The notes under the pieces are model-generated. The model did no database searches, was not told where the DNA came from, and worked only from the letters and a program-made list of their open reading frames with translations. The position numbers and the translations under genes were made by a program. Source: a virus (lineage: Duplodnaviria; Caudoviricetes). Taken from it: a stretch of 64,000 nt of DNA. The DNA is taken from the IMG/VR virus record IMGVR_UViG_3300042327_001260, positions 64,045-128,044 of that record; one strand, given 5' to 3'. Below, piece after piece: positions 9,115 through 18,664 of the stretch. How positions within the stretch are numbered: position 1 is the stretch's first letter; the number at the start of each line of letters is the position of its first letter.

Positions 9115-11601
9115 ATGTTAAAGTTAATAAGTACTAAAAATATTTTATTAGAAGTTGATGGAAGAAAGTATTATATAACATCTGATAATCAATATGGTTA
9201 TGTCGATGCCCCATATAGTATCCCCCCAGGATCAACCGAAATAACTGAAGATCAATATAACTCATGGTATGATCAAAATAAGTCTAAATTAAATTCACTA
9301 TCAACCACTACCTATAGTTGGGAGGGTGATAACTTAAAGGGGGTTCAAGAAAGAATGCCACCTGTAGAATATAATGGACAGGTAGTGTCTAAATTGGGTA
9401 GTATTAATCCAGAACAGTGGGGTCAGTATATGGGTGTTTTAGGTGATTATAATAAACAAATGGAAGAACATACTGCTTGGTTAAAAAAATGGTTTAAAGA
9501 TAATGCTCCTGGAGACGATTATTATAAAAATAATATGTTTTATTATAAGGGTTCTGACGGGTTACCGGTTTATAACGAATCGGCAATGAAGAATCATATA
9601 CCAGGTTTACACCCACAAGAATCTGCAGAATACCACGCAAAAAAAAATACAATATTAAGTAACCATAACTCAGCATTAACTACCCTAAAACAAAATCACG
9701 ACTCGATAAATCAAAGATATAAATCTGATTTAGATAAAGTTGAGAAGGATTGGGGTCAACCTGAGACACCAACAAACTATGAAGATGTTTATAACACAGG
9801 TGCTGGTAAATATAATGCATATGATCCCGAAGGTGGTCTTGGAGCAACATTAAAAAGCCCAACAAGTGGAGGTGTAGCGACTGGGGACCCAAACATCGAT
9901 AGTTGGATTAAATTTACAAAACCCACATATGAGAAAAAAAGGGAAGAGGTTTTAAATAAAATGTCTGCAGAGTCTACTTCATATAAAAATAAGATTAAGG
10001 CTCAAGAATCAAAATATAATGATGAAGTAAAAAAATTAGATAAAGAATATTTACACCCTGAGTTTAATGGTGGTATTGGTATAACGAAAGAAGAGTTAAA
10101 ACTTTACAATAAATTAAGTGATGCTCAGAAAAAAAAATGGGACGAAATTAATAAAGATATACGTAAGGCTGATAGTCTTGCTTGGGCGGAATATAATCGT
10201 GACGAACAAACCCCAGGATTAGCTGGACAACCCGGTTTTGATACAGGGAGCGAATCTTGGAAGTTAAGAGAATTAGTTATTTCTAAAGCAGAACAACCTA
10301 TAACAAATTGGTCGGATGACCCTGAAATAAAAAAACAAACGGAGTTACAAAAAATAAAATTAAAAACAACAGACTTGATGATTAGTCAACTTTATCAAGA
10401 AGACCTTGATTTGCTTGCCGCGACTTTTGGTGCTAAAACAAGTAAACAAAAGTACGAAGAAGAAAAAGAAAACGCTTCTTGGTATGATGTAACGTATTGG
10501 GATGTTCATGATTGGTTAATGGTTGCTAGTGTTGCGTGTTTTTTAATTCCTGGATTACAAGGAGTTGCTCTTGCAGGTAGGGGATTATCATTATTTGGGG
10601 CAGCAGATGCTGCCGCAACGGCGTTAAGTCTTGGACTTACTGACGCAGCATTACTCTCATCGGCAATTGATTTGTTAGACGCTGGTATATACGTAAGTGA
10701 GGATAATTGGAAGTCTGCGGGGTTATCTGTATTATTTGCGTTTGTACCTATTGCTGTAGATGCCGGTATTTTAAAGGGTGTTGGATCAAAAGGGGTAAAA
10801 ATTATTACTGATTTTTTAAAGTCTGTACCTGATGCGTTTTTAAAGGCAAATGGACAAATGACTATGAGGGAACTTTATGAATACACAAAAGTAATTCTTG
10901 ATGCTGAAGTTCAAAATGTAATAAAAAAGGTTTCTCAAAAATCAGCAGATATTATTGATTTAATGAATACTGCTTCTGGTAATATATTAAAAACTGCCTC
11001 TGAAAAAATAGGCGCATCAACAATTGCAAAATCAACCGCAACAGTGGTTAAAGTTTCGGCTAAAGGTATGGTAGGACTTCTAAAATTTGGAAGTAAATCG
11101 GGGTTAGTTTTGGCTGGGTATGGAGGAATGGCAATTGCATATGATTATGGTGTAGAAGTTTACCAAGAAAATATTGCAAAATCACCAAGAACTGTAATTG
11201 AGGAGGGCGGATTTCCTTGGGAATCCCTAAAAAGTGAGTTTGGTAGTGATGGTAGTGCAAATGATAATAATTTACTTAAACAAGCATTTCTTTTGGGTTG
11301 GAGGCCAGGAATGCCAATACCTACCGAATTTCAAACAACAACCTATAAAAAAAGGTTGGCTGAACAAAAAAAACAAAAAGAAGAGGAATTCACTAGTGAG
11401 GAAGCATTAGCCCTTATAAATGATTTTATTAATCAGAATCAACAAAAAATAAAAGAAGAAAAAGAAACTGAAATAACTGAAGAAATTAAAGATAAATTAG
11501 AAAATAACGATAAAAAGGTTGAGGAAATAAGAAATAGTATTTTGGATAAATGGACAAAAGTTCAAAATAAAGAAGGTAGTACATCTGAAACACAAAAATA
11601 A
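9115..11601 (+). CDS. Large coiled-coil protein with hydrophobic pre-toxin-like hairpins; putative ejected or membrane protein
   Basis: 828 aa. HDWLMVASVACFLIPG..IDLLDAGIYVSEDNWKSAGLSVLFAFVP, plus a GWRPG motif. Confidence 0.75.
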   Translation: MLKLISTKNILLEVDGRKYYITSDNQYGYVDAPYSIPPGSTEITEDQYNSWYDQNKSKLNSLSTTTYSWEGDNLKGVQERMPPVEYNGQVVSKLGSINPEQWGQYMGVLGDYNKQMEEHTAWLKKWFKDNAPGDDYYKNNMFYYKGSDGLPVYNESAMKNHIPGLHPQESAEYHAKKNTILSNHNSALTTLKQNHDSINQRYKSDLDKVEKDWGQPETPTNYEDVYNTGAGKYNAYDPEGGLGATLKSPTSGGVATGDPNIDSWIKFTKPTYEKKREEVLNKMSAESTSYKNKIKAQESKYNDEVKKLDKEYLHPEFNGGIGITKEELKLYNKLSDAQKKKWDEINKDIRKADSLAWAEYNRDEQTPGLAGQPGFDTGSESWKLRELVISKAEQPITNWSDDPEIKKQTELQKIKLKTTDLMISQLYQEDLDLLAATFGAKTSKQKYEEEKENASWYDVTYWDVHDWLMVASVACFLIPGLQGVALAGRGLSLFGAADAAATALSLGLTDAALLSSAIDLLDAGIYVSEDNWKSAGLSVLFAFVPIAVDAGILKGVGSKGVKIITDFLKSVPDAFLKANGQMTMRELYEYTKVILDAEVQNVIKKVSQKSADIIDLMNTASGNILKTASEKIGASTIAKSTATVVKVSAKGMVGLLKFGSKSGLVLAGYGGMAIAYDYGVEVYQENIAKSPRTVIEEGGFPWESLKSEFGSDGSANDNNLLKQAFLLGWRPGMPIPTEFQTTTYKKRLAEQKKQKEEEFTSEEALALINDFINQNQQKIKEEKETEITEEIKDKLENNDKKVEEIRNSILDKWTKVQNKEGSTSETQK

Positions 11602-11605
11602 AAAA

Positions 11606-11716
11606 ATGAAAAATAATTTATTACTAGAAGTAGAAAGAAATTTAACATTAATGGGGATTTCAAAAAAAGTTAACCTTATTAATGAAGGTAGAGGTGAATT
11701 TTCTAATAGAATTTGG
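11606..11716 (+). repeat. Direct repeat, copy 1 (111 nt, 2 mismatches to 12901-13011)
   Basis: 11619-11716 is identical to 12914-13011. Confidence 0.95.
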
Positions 11717-12874
11717 TCATTAATTTTAGGTGTTGGAGATAATACCCCGTCTGTAATTAAAAAACGATCAAATAACATCTCAATCATTTTAAATAATACA
11801 GGATTAAATTTAAATACACTAAGAAAAAATGAAATAAAGTCAGGTATTGAAAAACTAATCTCCGCCAACACTAATATTGAGGAGGTGTTGATATACATGG
11901 AAAAAGAATTAACACCAAGTGTTGTTGAAAAGATTGAAAAAAAATTATCATCTCTTGGTTTACTAGATAATCAAATAATAAAATCACTTATAAGTGATTT
12001 ATCCGATAAAAATTCAGATTTATCTAAAGGATTTATTTTAGATGTTAATCAAGAATTAAATAAATTTATTAACGACGAAAGATTTGTTAATTTAAGTCCA
12101 TCGAATAAAATTAAATCTTTAGATGATTTTAAACAAATATTGGCGTCGACATACAGTAGTTATTTTGGTGTTGGGACAACCCCTAAAAATGTTATTGATT
12201 TAGTTGATGGTGTATTTCAAAAAGAAGTGGATAACATAAACACTTCATCCGAAGCTAAAACAATTTTTGACAATAAAAAACAAAATATATTTTCTTCTGA
12301 TCAATCGACATCATCTAATAATTCTATTTTTATGTTTAATGAAACAGGAACAAAAGGATATTATCAAGTACTTTCTTTTTCTAAATTTCCTGATGAGTTT
12401 TATGATTATGTTTCGTCTTTAGGTAAAGATTTAGAATCTGAAGTAATGGATTATTTAATTAACCGTACTTATATTGAAGCAAGCGGAGAATTTAATAGAG
12501 TACATTTTAGAGAAGGAATACACCCAAAATTACAAGGGATTGGTTTAGGTTATACCATATATAGAGATTTTATTAATTTTTTAGGTTACGCATCCTCATC
12601 TGATAACGCAACAGTAGAATCAAAAAGAGTTTGGGAAAAACTATTTGACAGTTCAGATTATTATGGTGTATACGGTACAGGGGATAATGTTTTAATCGTA
12701 AATAAAAATTGGGTAGGGGACATTGAATCGTTATTCAAATCTTTCATATCAAAAAAATGTCAAGGTAATGATGTAAAAATAAATAATTCTTTTTTATCGG
12801 ATTATCCTGAATTTAGTGTTTATTTAAGTAAAAACGTAAATGAATTGTATTATAAATTAAAAAATAAAAATTAA
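11606..12874 (+). CDS. Protein with N-terminus shared with 12901 ORF and C-terminal GNAT-like acetyltransferase domain
   Basis: IHPKLQGIGLGYTIY (acetyl-CoA binding motif A) and SDNATVESKRVWEKL. Confidence 0.7.
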   Translation: MKNNLLLEVERNLTLMGISKKVNLINEGRGEFSNRIWSLILGVGDNTPSVIKKRSNNISIILNNTGLNLNTLRKNEIKSGIEKLISANTNIEEVLIYMEKELTPSVVEKIEKKLSSLGLLDNQIIKSLISDLSDKNSDLSKGFILDVNQELNKFINDERFVNLSPSNKIKSLDDFKQILASTYSSYFGVGTTPKNVIDLVDGVFQKEVDNINTSSEAKTIFDNKKQNIFSSDQSTSSNNSIFMFNETGTKGYYQVLSFSKFPDEFYDYVSSLGKDLESEVMDYLINRTYIEASGEFNRVHFREGIHPKLQGIGLGYTIYRDFINFLGYASSSDNATVESKRVWEKLFDSSDYYGVYGTGDNVLIVNKNWVGDIESLFKSFISKKCQGNDVKINNSFLSDYPEFSVYLSKNVNELYYKLKNKN

Positions 12875-12900
12875 GACAATATTTATAAAAAAATAAAAAA

Positions 12901-13011
12901 ATGAAAAAAAATCTATTACTAGAAGTAGAAAGAAATTTAACATTAATGGGGATTTCAAAAAAAGTTAACCTTATTAATGAAGGTAGAGGTGAATTTTCTA
13001 ATAGAATTTGG
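12901..13011 (+). repeat. Direct repeat, copy 2
   Basis: Encodes the same 37-aa N-terminus as 11606, with one substitution. Confidence 0.95.
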
Positions 13012-16000
13012 GGATTAATACTACAAATTGATGACGCTACCGCAGCTGGAATACAAAAAAGGGCGACTAATCTTACCAAAATGTTAAACAATACAAATAC
13101 GTCTATATTGGAATCTAGAAAGAGGGCATTAAAGGAGGAAATTGAAAGAATGATTAGAGAAGGGAAAACTGTCGATCAGGTTATTGAATATTTAGAAAGA
13201 GAATTAACTCCAGAAGTTATGTCAACACTTGAAAAGAAGATATCTTCTCTTCAATTAATTGATGATGCTGTTCGTAGATCTCTTTACGATGATTTAGTTG
13301 ATACGAATTCTTTGTTAAGGGGTGAGGTTTTAGAAGATGCTGAACAAGAAATCGCTAATTTAGTGGATGATCCGAGATTCATCGATTTAGACTTCACAAA
13401 TCAAATTAAAGCATTAAATGATTTTAAAACCCAACTTGCTGACATGTACAGTAAATATTTTGGTATTGAGTCTACTTCTAAAATATTAAACGACATAATA
13501 GAAGAACCAATAGAAAAGGCTAGAACCGAAGTAAGTACAACAGGTGTTAAAACGTTAGATAAACAAACGGAAGAGTCTATTGAATTACTTAAGAAAAGTG
13601 ACAAATGGTTAGGAGACGTAGAAAAAGGTATTTCAGTACCAACAAGACTACAAAAAATTGCAATGTTAAATGAGTTATTGGCTCAATTAAAAGATAATGC
13701 AGTAAAAAAATTAGGGATACTTTCAGATAATATAAAAATAAAAAATGGAATAGATGATTTAATAGAAAAAGAAATTAAATTGATTGAATCGGAAGTTGCG
13801 GGGTTAAAAAGTACTTTAAAAACAGGATGGAAAAATTTCGCACCTAGATTAAGTGATTTTGCAATGAGAGTTACAACATCATGGCAAAATAATTTAGATA
13901 AGGCAAAACAAGAAATTGATGACTTAGTTGTTGCTATGGGAAGTACTGATGATATTGGACCTGAACTAGCAAAAACTATCAGATCAAAATTCGCGGGACT
14001 TGTATCACATATGAAGGCTCCAGACATAAAAAAAGTATGGAGTGACTTGGAAAAATTAATAAGAGAGGCGTATGGTGAGGTTGAGGGTTTATCAATAATA
14101 AACATGATAAAATCAGAAGGTGAAGAAAAGGATTGGATTGAATTTTTAGTAAAAGAGTCGGAACAAGGAGGTGATTCTCAGTTGACGGGGTATGTTGCAA
14201 GAATGGGACAAATGTGTGTTGGATGGTATGGATACATTTCATATCTTATTAGAGGAATGAAAGATACGATGCCTGTTTGGAATAAAGTTTGGTGGAAACG
14301 TTTTACAAATTGGGGGTTAGTTGGTCACACAACAACCCTTAGAGAATTTATGGATTCTTTTATAAAGGCTCAATATGCTATACCATGGCTTAAATTAGGT
14401 AAAATTAAAGGGTATAACCCTCAATCATTAATGTTGAAATGGGTGCAACTTTGGTTTTATGCTAAAGTAGTACCTACAATAATATATTCAATTATATACG
14501 GAATGGTTGCGGGGGCAATGGCTAGAGTAGCACAACCATCACCAGAAGAAATTGCGGAAATGACTCCCGAAGAAAAAGAACTTTACGACGTATCAAAAAA
14601 TGGGTTGAGTTTGATATGGTACACAATGAAGGAAGGGTTTTTAGAGAACTTTGATTTATTTATGTCTAGTAATGAAGATGTCAAAAAGGCAGTTGCGGAA
14701 GTTAAAAAAAATGGGGGGTTAATTAACACTGAATGGAAATGGTATCTTACAGAATTTTTTGATACTTTTATTCCTGTTGAACCTATGATATTAGAAATAA
14801 TGGGGTGGGTAGATGCTGGATTAAAAACCCCATTTGAAAAAACTTGGTTAGAAAGAGCAAAGAATAAGGTATTAGAAAAAAAATCTGAGCTTGAAGAAGA
14901 GTTATCCCCAATTAAAGAAAAGTTTAAAAAACAATTGGATAATATTGATAAATCACACGAACAAAAAAAATTCGAGACAAACTATTCAAACTCACACCAT
15001 GGATTAACACAGGAAGAGGTGGACATGTTAACAAAATGGACAAGTTCTAGAGATGCTGCCGATGGAAGTACTGAAGTATGGGTGGATGATAGGTATAGTG
15101 ATGATAAATATTTTTTAACTGCAGGGACAAAAGAAAATGGTGGATCACCAAAATATGCATATTGGAATGATAACGGAAAGTTGCGTTCATTAAAAGAATT
15201 GGCTCAAAAATTATCTCAAGAACCGGTAAAAGAATCAATAATAAAAAAAATTAGAAAAATAATAATGGAAGAAATGACAGGAAAAAAATTCGGAGACGAT
15301 AATTTTAAACATTGGAAGGATACATTTACATTTAAGTCTGTTGATGAAAAAAATCCAGGACAATACAAAGAAGTAAAAATTAACATGGAAGATGTTATGG
15401 ATAGAATTAACCACTTTAGAAAAAAATACGATGAGGACGATGCGTTTGTAAGAGCAGTAATTGATACACATGAAGATGTTGTAAAAGTTATGTTTACAAA
15501 AGATTTGGCTCACTTACAAGAAAACTTTAAACCAAAAGGTTTAGCGATAATTTTACAACAAATTAGAGAATCAAGAGGTGAGATGGAAATATGGTCAGTA
15601 TCTAGACCAGCAAATGGAAACTGGTTTTTAGTTAAAGGAGATTACACACCAAATCAGTTGGCAAATATGGACTTAGAAAAAAAAGAACCACAACCAAAAG
15701 AAAAGGAAGTTGACTCAAGAACAGAGGACGACTTAAAAAAAAAAGAAGAGTTAGCACTACACAACTTAAAAAGCAACGAAAAAGAAGGGATTAACGACTT
15801 ACCAAAACAAGTAAGAGATAAAGTTAATGAAAAACTTTCTAAAGGATGGACAACTGAGGAACCGTTTTTTGCCTTTGAAGAATTTTACGAGGTAAGTGAA
15901 ATAAATTCAGTTTTTAACGATAAAATAAAAATTTATAAGTTAAATCCTTCTGAAGAATTTTTTAAGGCTTTAGTTAAAGAATCTGCAAGTGTTAGAGTTA

Positions 16001-16155
16001 GTAGAGGTTTTTGTAAAACACTAAACCAAGTAAAAAATCAAACAGGTTTAGTTGAAAGACAACAAAAAGTATTAAATCATTTTATTCAAAAATGTGAAAA
16101 TAAGTTTGGAAACGAGCCTATAAAAAAATATAGACAAGTTAGATTTAATGATTAA
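12901..16155 (+). CDS. Large helical protein with central transmembrane segment; putative virion or ejection protein
   Basis: 1084 aa. Hydrophobic WVQLWFYAKVVPTIIYSIIYGMVAGAM; internal leader-like KESIIKKIRKIIMEE. Confidence 0.85.
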   Translation: MKKNLLLEVERNLTLMGISKKVNLINEGRGEFSNRIWGLILQIDDATAAGIQKRATNLTKMLNNTNTSILESRKRALKEEIERMIREGKTVDQVIEYLERELTPEVMSTLEKKISSLQLIDDAVRRSLYDDLVDTNSLLRGEVLEDAEQEIANLVDDPRFIDLDFTNQIKALNDFKTQLADMYSKYFGIESTSKILNDIIEEPIEKARTEVSTTGVKTLDKQTEESIELLKKSDKWLGDVEKGISVPTRLQKIAMLNELLAQLKDNAVKKLGILSDNIKIKNGIDDLIEKEIKLIESEVAGLKSTLKTGWKNFAPRLSDFAMRVTTSWQNNLDKAKQEIDDLVVAMGSTDDIGPELAKTIRSKFAGLVSHMKAPDIKKVWSDLEKLIREAYGEVEGLSIINMIKSEGEEKDWIEFLVKESEQGGDSQLTGYVARMGQMCVGWYGYISYLIRGMKDTMPVWNKVWWKRFTNWGLVGHTTTLREFMDSFIKAQYAIPWLKLGKIKGYNPQSLMLKWVQLWFYAKVVPTIIYSIIYGMVAGAMARVAQPSPEEIAEMTPEEKELYDVSKNGLSLIWYTMKEGFLENFDLFMSSNEDVKKAVAEVKKNGGLINTEWKWYLTEFFDTFIPVEPMILEIMGWVDAGLKTPFEKTWLERAKNKVLEKKSELEEELSPIKEKFKKQLDNIDKSHEQKKFETNYSNSHHGLTQEEVDMLTKWTSSRDAADGSTEVWVDDRYSDDKYFLTAGTKENGGSPKYAYWNDNGKLRSLKELAQKLSQEPVKESIIKKIRKIIMEEMTGKKFGDDNFKHWKDTFTFKSVDEKNPGQYKEVKINMEDVMDRINHFRKKYDEDDAFVRAVIDTHEDVVKVMFTKDLAHLQENFKPKGLAIILQQIRESRGEMEIWSVSRPANGNWFLVKGDYTPNQLANMDLEKKEPQPKEKEVDSRTEDDLKKKEELALHNLKSNEKEGINDLPKQVRDKVNEKLSKGWTTEEPFFAFEEFYEVSEINSVFNDKIKIYKLNPSEEFFKALVKESASVRVSRGFCKTLNQVKNQTGLVERQQKVLNHFIQKCENKFGNEPIKKYRQVRFND

Positions 16156-18181
16156 AAAAGTTTACATAACTGAATCTGAAAAAGAAAATATATTAAAACT
16201 ACACAAAAAGTTAAACGAAGAAACAGGTTTATCTATTGGTGGTAAAGTTTTGGATATTATAACTAATGAACCTGTTTTTGATGCAACAGTTACTCTAACT
16301 TTGTCGAATGCAACCAAAGGTTTAGCAAAAACAAATGCTGATGGTAATTTTAAATTTGATGGTTTAAATTCAGGTGAATATGTTATTTCTGGATCGGCAA
16401 AAAATCAAGGTTATATCACTATAAGTAATAACATAAATTTAGAGGATAAAGATATTTTAGATGTTCAAATTTTATTATCCAAGAGTATTAAGGATTTACA
16501 AGAGGTAGGAGTTACTGTTAGTAAATTAACATTTTTAGATTTTATATTTGTAGATAGTGACGGTAAAGAAATACCAAACGTATCATATTCTTTATATGAT
16601 AAAAAGAAACTTATAGGTACTTACACATCAGAAACGGGTAAAAGCACATTAATTTTTAATTCTTTTGATTACCAAGTTAAAAAAGGCGAATCAGTAACAT
16701 ATCCTGAAAGTAAAGAATACGGTTATTTTTATAGTCAAGGTAAAAGTTGTGAAGAAGAAAAAGAATTAATAATTGACATCAAATCGGATGGATATATTGG
16801 GGATAAACAAAAAATAAACTTTTGTTTAAATAATGGATCATACAGTACTTACATTACAAAAGAAAATGGTAACGTTACTGTTAAACCAACTAATGGTGAT
16901 AATGGAATACCAACAAAAACCTCAAATTCTTTAGAAAGTAATATATTTAAAATTGAACTTTTAAAACCTCAAATATCTGCAAAATTATTAACTTTTGATA
17001 CTGACGATGAAATTTTACCAAATGTTAAAATAGACATTTATAAAGATAAAGATCGTCAGGAACTTTTTCAATCATTAGAAACTAATCAAAGTGGGGAGTC
17101 GTATTTAAATATTACTACAGGTAATTTTGATTTATTTAACGACGATAATGATCCGGTTAAAAAAGTAAGACTGTTTTTTGATGTTAGAAAAGATGGGTAT
17201 AAGACGTTATCAGGATACGGAACCATTAAATATGGAAAAGTTGATGAATACTCATGGAATCTACCACCAATTAAACAACCAAAAGTTAAACAACCAAAAC
17301 AACCCAAAGAGATAACAATAGGGCAGTGTAGAAGATTCACAAGAAAATACCATAGAGGTTTGGTTTCATTAATTAAAAGAAAAAAAACAATTGATGAATT
17401 AGGTGGTAATGACGCTATAGAAGAAGCAAGAACACAAGTTCAATGGTGTTTTTTAAGATATAAAGATGACTACTCAAATAACATGAGAAAGCTGATAACT
17501 AAGTTAACAAATGTGCCACCTAAATTTGATATTTTCGAATTAAGGTTCACTCTTGATCAACAAAGAGATATTTATAAGGAAAGTAAAGACATGGGAATAT
17601 CACACACAATAAGAAAAGTAATTTCTGAACAATCAGAGAAAAAATCACTTTTATTAAAAGAATCACAAATAATTAAAAATAGACTATTATTTGTATATAA
17701 TTCTTCAAATAGAAGAACATTAAAAAATAACTTGTTAGGTGAAAGTAACGAATTAGTTAATAGTGGGTACGATAGAAGATTAGTTAAGGAAAATTTTTTA
17801 GAAATAATGAATACCGTTAAGGATTCAGGGAAATTTTTAAGTGACGTAAAGGCACAATTAGGACAAAAAATTGCAGATACAGTAAAAGATAAACAACAAG
17901 AACATGAAATGATACTAGGAGCCTTTAATGAATTGGATCCAGCAATAGTAGAAAGAGCGTTTAAAGAAAACAGAGTTGACGAGTTAAGTGAGATTATTGC
18001 TAAAAAAGCATTAGAGAACTATAAAACACAATTTGGTGAAGCGGGAATTTTTGGTTCAATGGTTGCAAGTGTAGACATTGAAAAATTTAAAACTGAGGTT
18101 GCAAAATTGATTCAAACATCAATAGATGCGGTTTCAAATGATTTGGACAGTAAAGTCCAAGATGCCGTTACAGAAGATTAA
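16148..18181 (+). CDS. Leader-bearing protein with carboxypeptidase-regulatory-like (SusC N-terminal extension type) Ig domains
   Basis: IGGKVLDIITNEPVFDATVTL..TNADGNFKFDGLNSGEYVI..GY...LQEVGV. Confidence 0.75.
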   Translation: MIKKVYITESEKENILKLHKKLNEETGLSIGGKVLDIITNEPVFDATVTLTLSNATKGLAKTNADGNFKFDGLNSGEYVISGSAKNQGYITISNNINLEDKDILDVQILLSKSIKDLQEVGVTVSKLTFLDFIFVDSDGKEIPNVSYSLYDKKKLIGTYTSETGKSTLIFNSFDYQVKKGESVTYPESKEYGYFYSQGKSCEEEKELIIDIKSDGYIGDKQKINFCLNNGSYSTYITKENGNVTVKPTNGDNGIPTKTSNSLESNIFKIELLKPQISAKLLTFDTDDEILPNVKIDIYKDKDRQELFQSLETNQSGESYLNITTGNFDLFNDDNDPVKKVRLFFDVRKDGYKTLSGYGTIKYGKVDEYSWNLPPIKQPKVKQPKQPKEITIGQCRRFTRKYHRGLVSLIKRKKTIDELGGNDAIEEARTQVQWCFLRYKDDYSNNMRKLITKLTNVPPKFDIFELRFTLDQQRDIYKESKDMGISHTIRKVISEQSEKKSLLLKESQIIKNRLLFVYNSSNRRTLKNNLLGESNELVNSGYDRRLVKENFLEIMNTVKDSGKFLSDVKAQLGQKIADTVKDKQQEHEMILGAFNELDPAIVERAFKENRVDELSEIIAKKALENYKTQFGEAGIFGSMVASVDIEKFKTEVAKLIQTSIDAVSNDLDSKVQDAVTED

Positions 18182-18237
18182 TCTTAATGGCTTGAATTAG
18201 GAATCAAGAGGTAGTTCTCTTTATTCATAAACCTTAA

Positions 18238-18253
18238 AGAAAGGGAGGTGTTC
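18238..18253 (+). promoter_or_regulatory. Extended Shine-Dalgarno-like element with no downstream ORF
   Basis: AGAAAGGGAGGTGTTC is complementary to the Bacteroidota 16S 3' tail as I recall it (GAACACCUCCUUUCU). Confidence 0.45.
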
Positions 18254-18260
18254 TAAATCT

Positions 18261-18295
18261 AAGAAAGGTGTTCGTAAGAACACCTTTTCTTTTTT
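18261..18295 (+). terminator. Intrinsic terminator
   Basis: AAGAAAGGTGTTC-GTAA-GAACACCTTTTCTT followed by a T run. Confidence 0.85.
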
Positions 18296-18310
18296 AGGAT
18301 ATTTATGAAT

Positions 18311-18664
18311 ATGGAATTTTTTATTAGAAAAAAAGCAACATTACCAATATTAGAAGTCGACATTATAAAAGACGGTAGATTAGACTATAATCATAAATTG
18401 AATCTTAGTGCAGGTACAATTACTTTTTCTATGAGAGACGTTGATACAGGATTTTATAAGGTGACGAATGGTACCTGTTATTATTCCACTGAAAACGAAA
18501 GTGTTTATTATCAGTTTACAAAAAGAAATACTTCAACCATAGGCAGATATGAAGGTGAGTTTAATATCACCACAAGCCAAGGGTTGGTTATATTACCTCT
18601 CAGAGATAGACTTTATATAAACGTTATAGACTCATTTGTGGATCCAGAATTTTGTTGTAGGTAA
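18311..18664 (+). CDS. Small Ig-like protein, BppU N-terminal-like
   Basis: F.IRKKATLP.LEV...LSAGTITFSM...VYYQF..T..IG.YEGEF.I pattern. Start is 18305 or 18311. Confidence 0.65.
   Translation: MEFFIRKKATLPILEVDIIKDGRLDYNHKLNLSAGTITFSMRDVDTGFYKVTNGTCYYSTENESVYYQFTKRNTSTIGRYEGEFNITTSQGLVILPLRDRLYINVIDSFVDPEFCCR

Noticed and set aside
11497-13091. Two minus-strand ORFs (11497-11898, 12813-13091) sharing QILLENSPLPSLIRLTFFEIP
   Set aside because: The similarity is only the reverse complement of the duplicated 5' block of the + strand genes.
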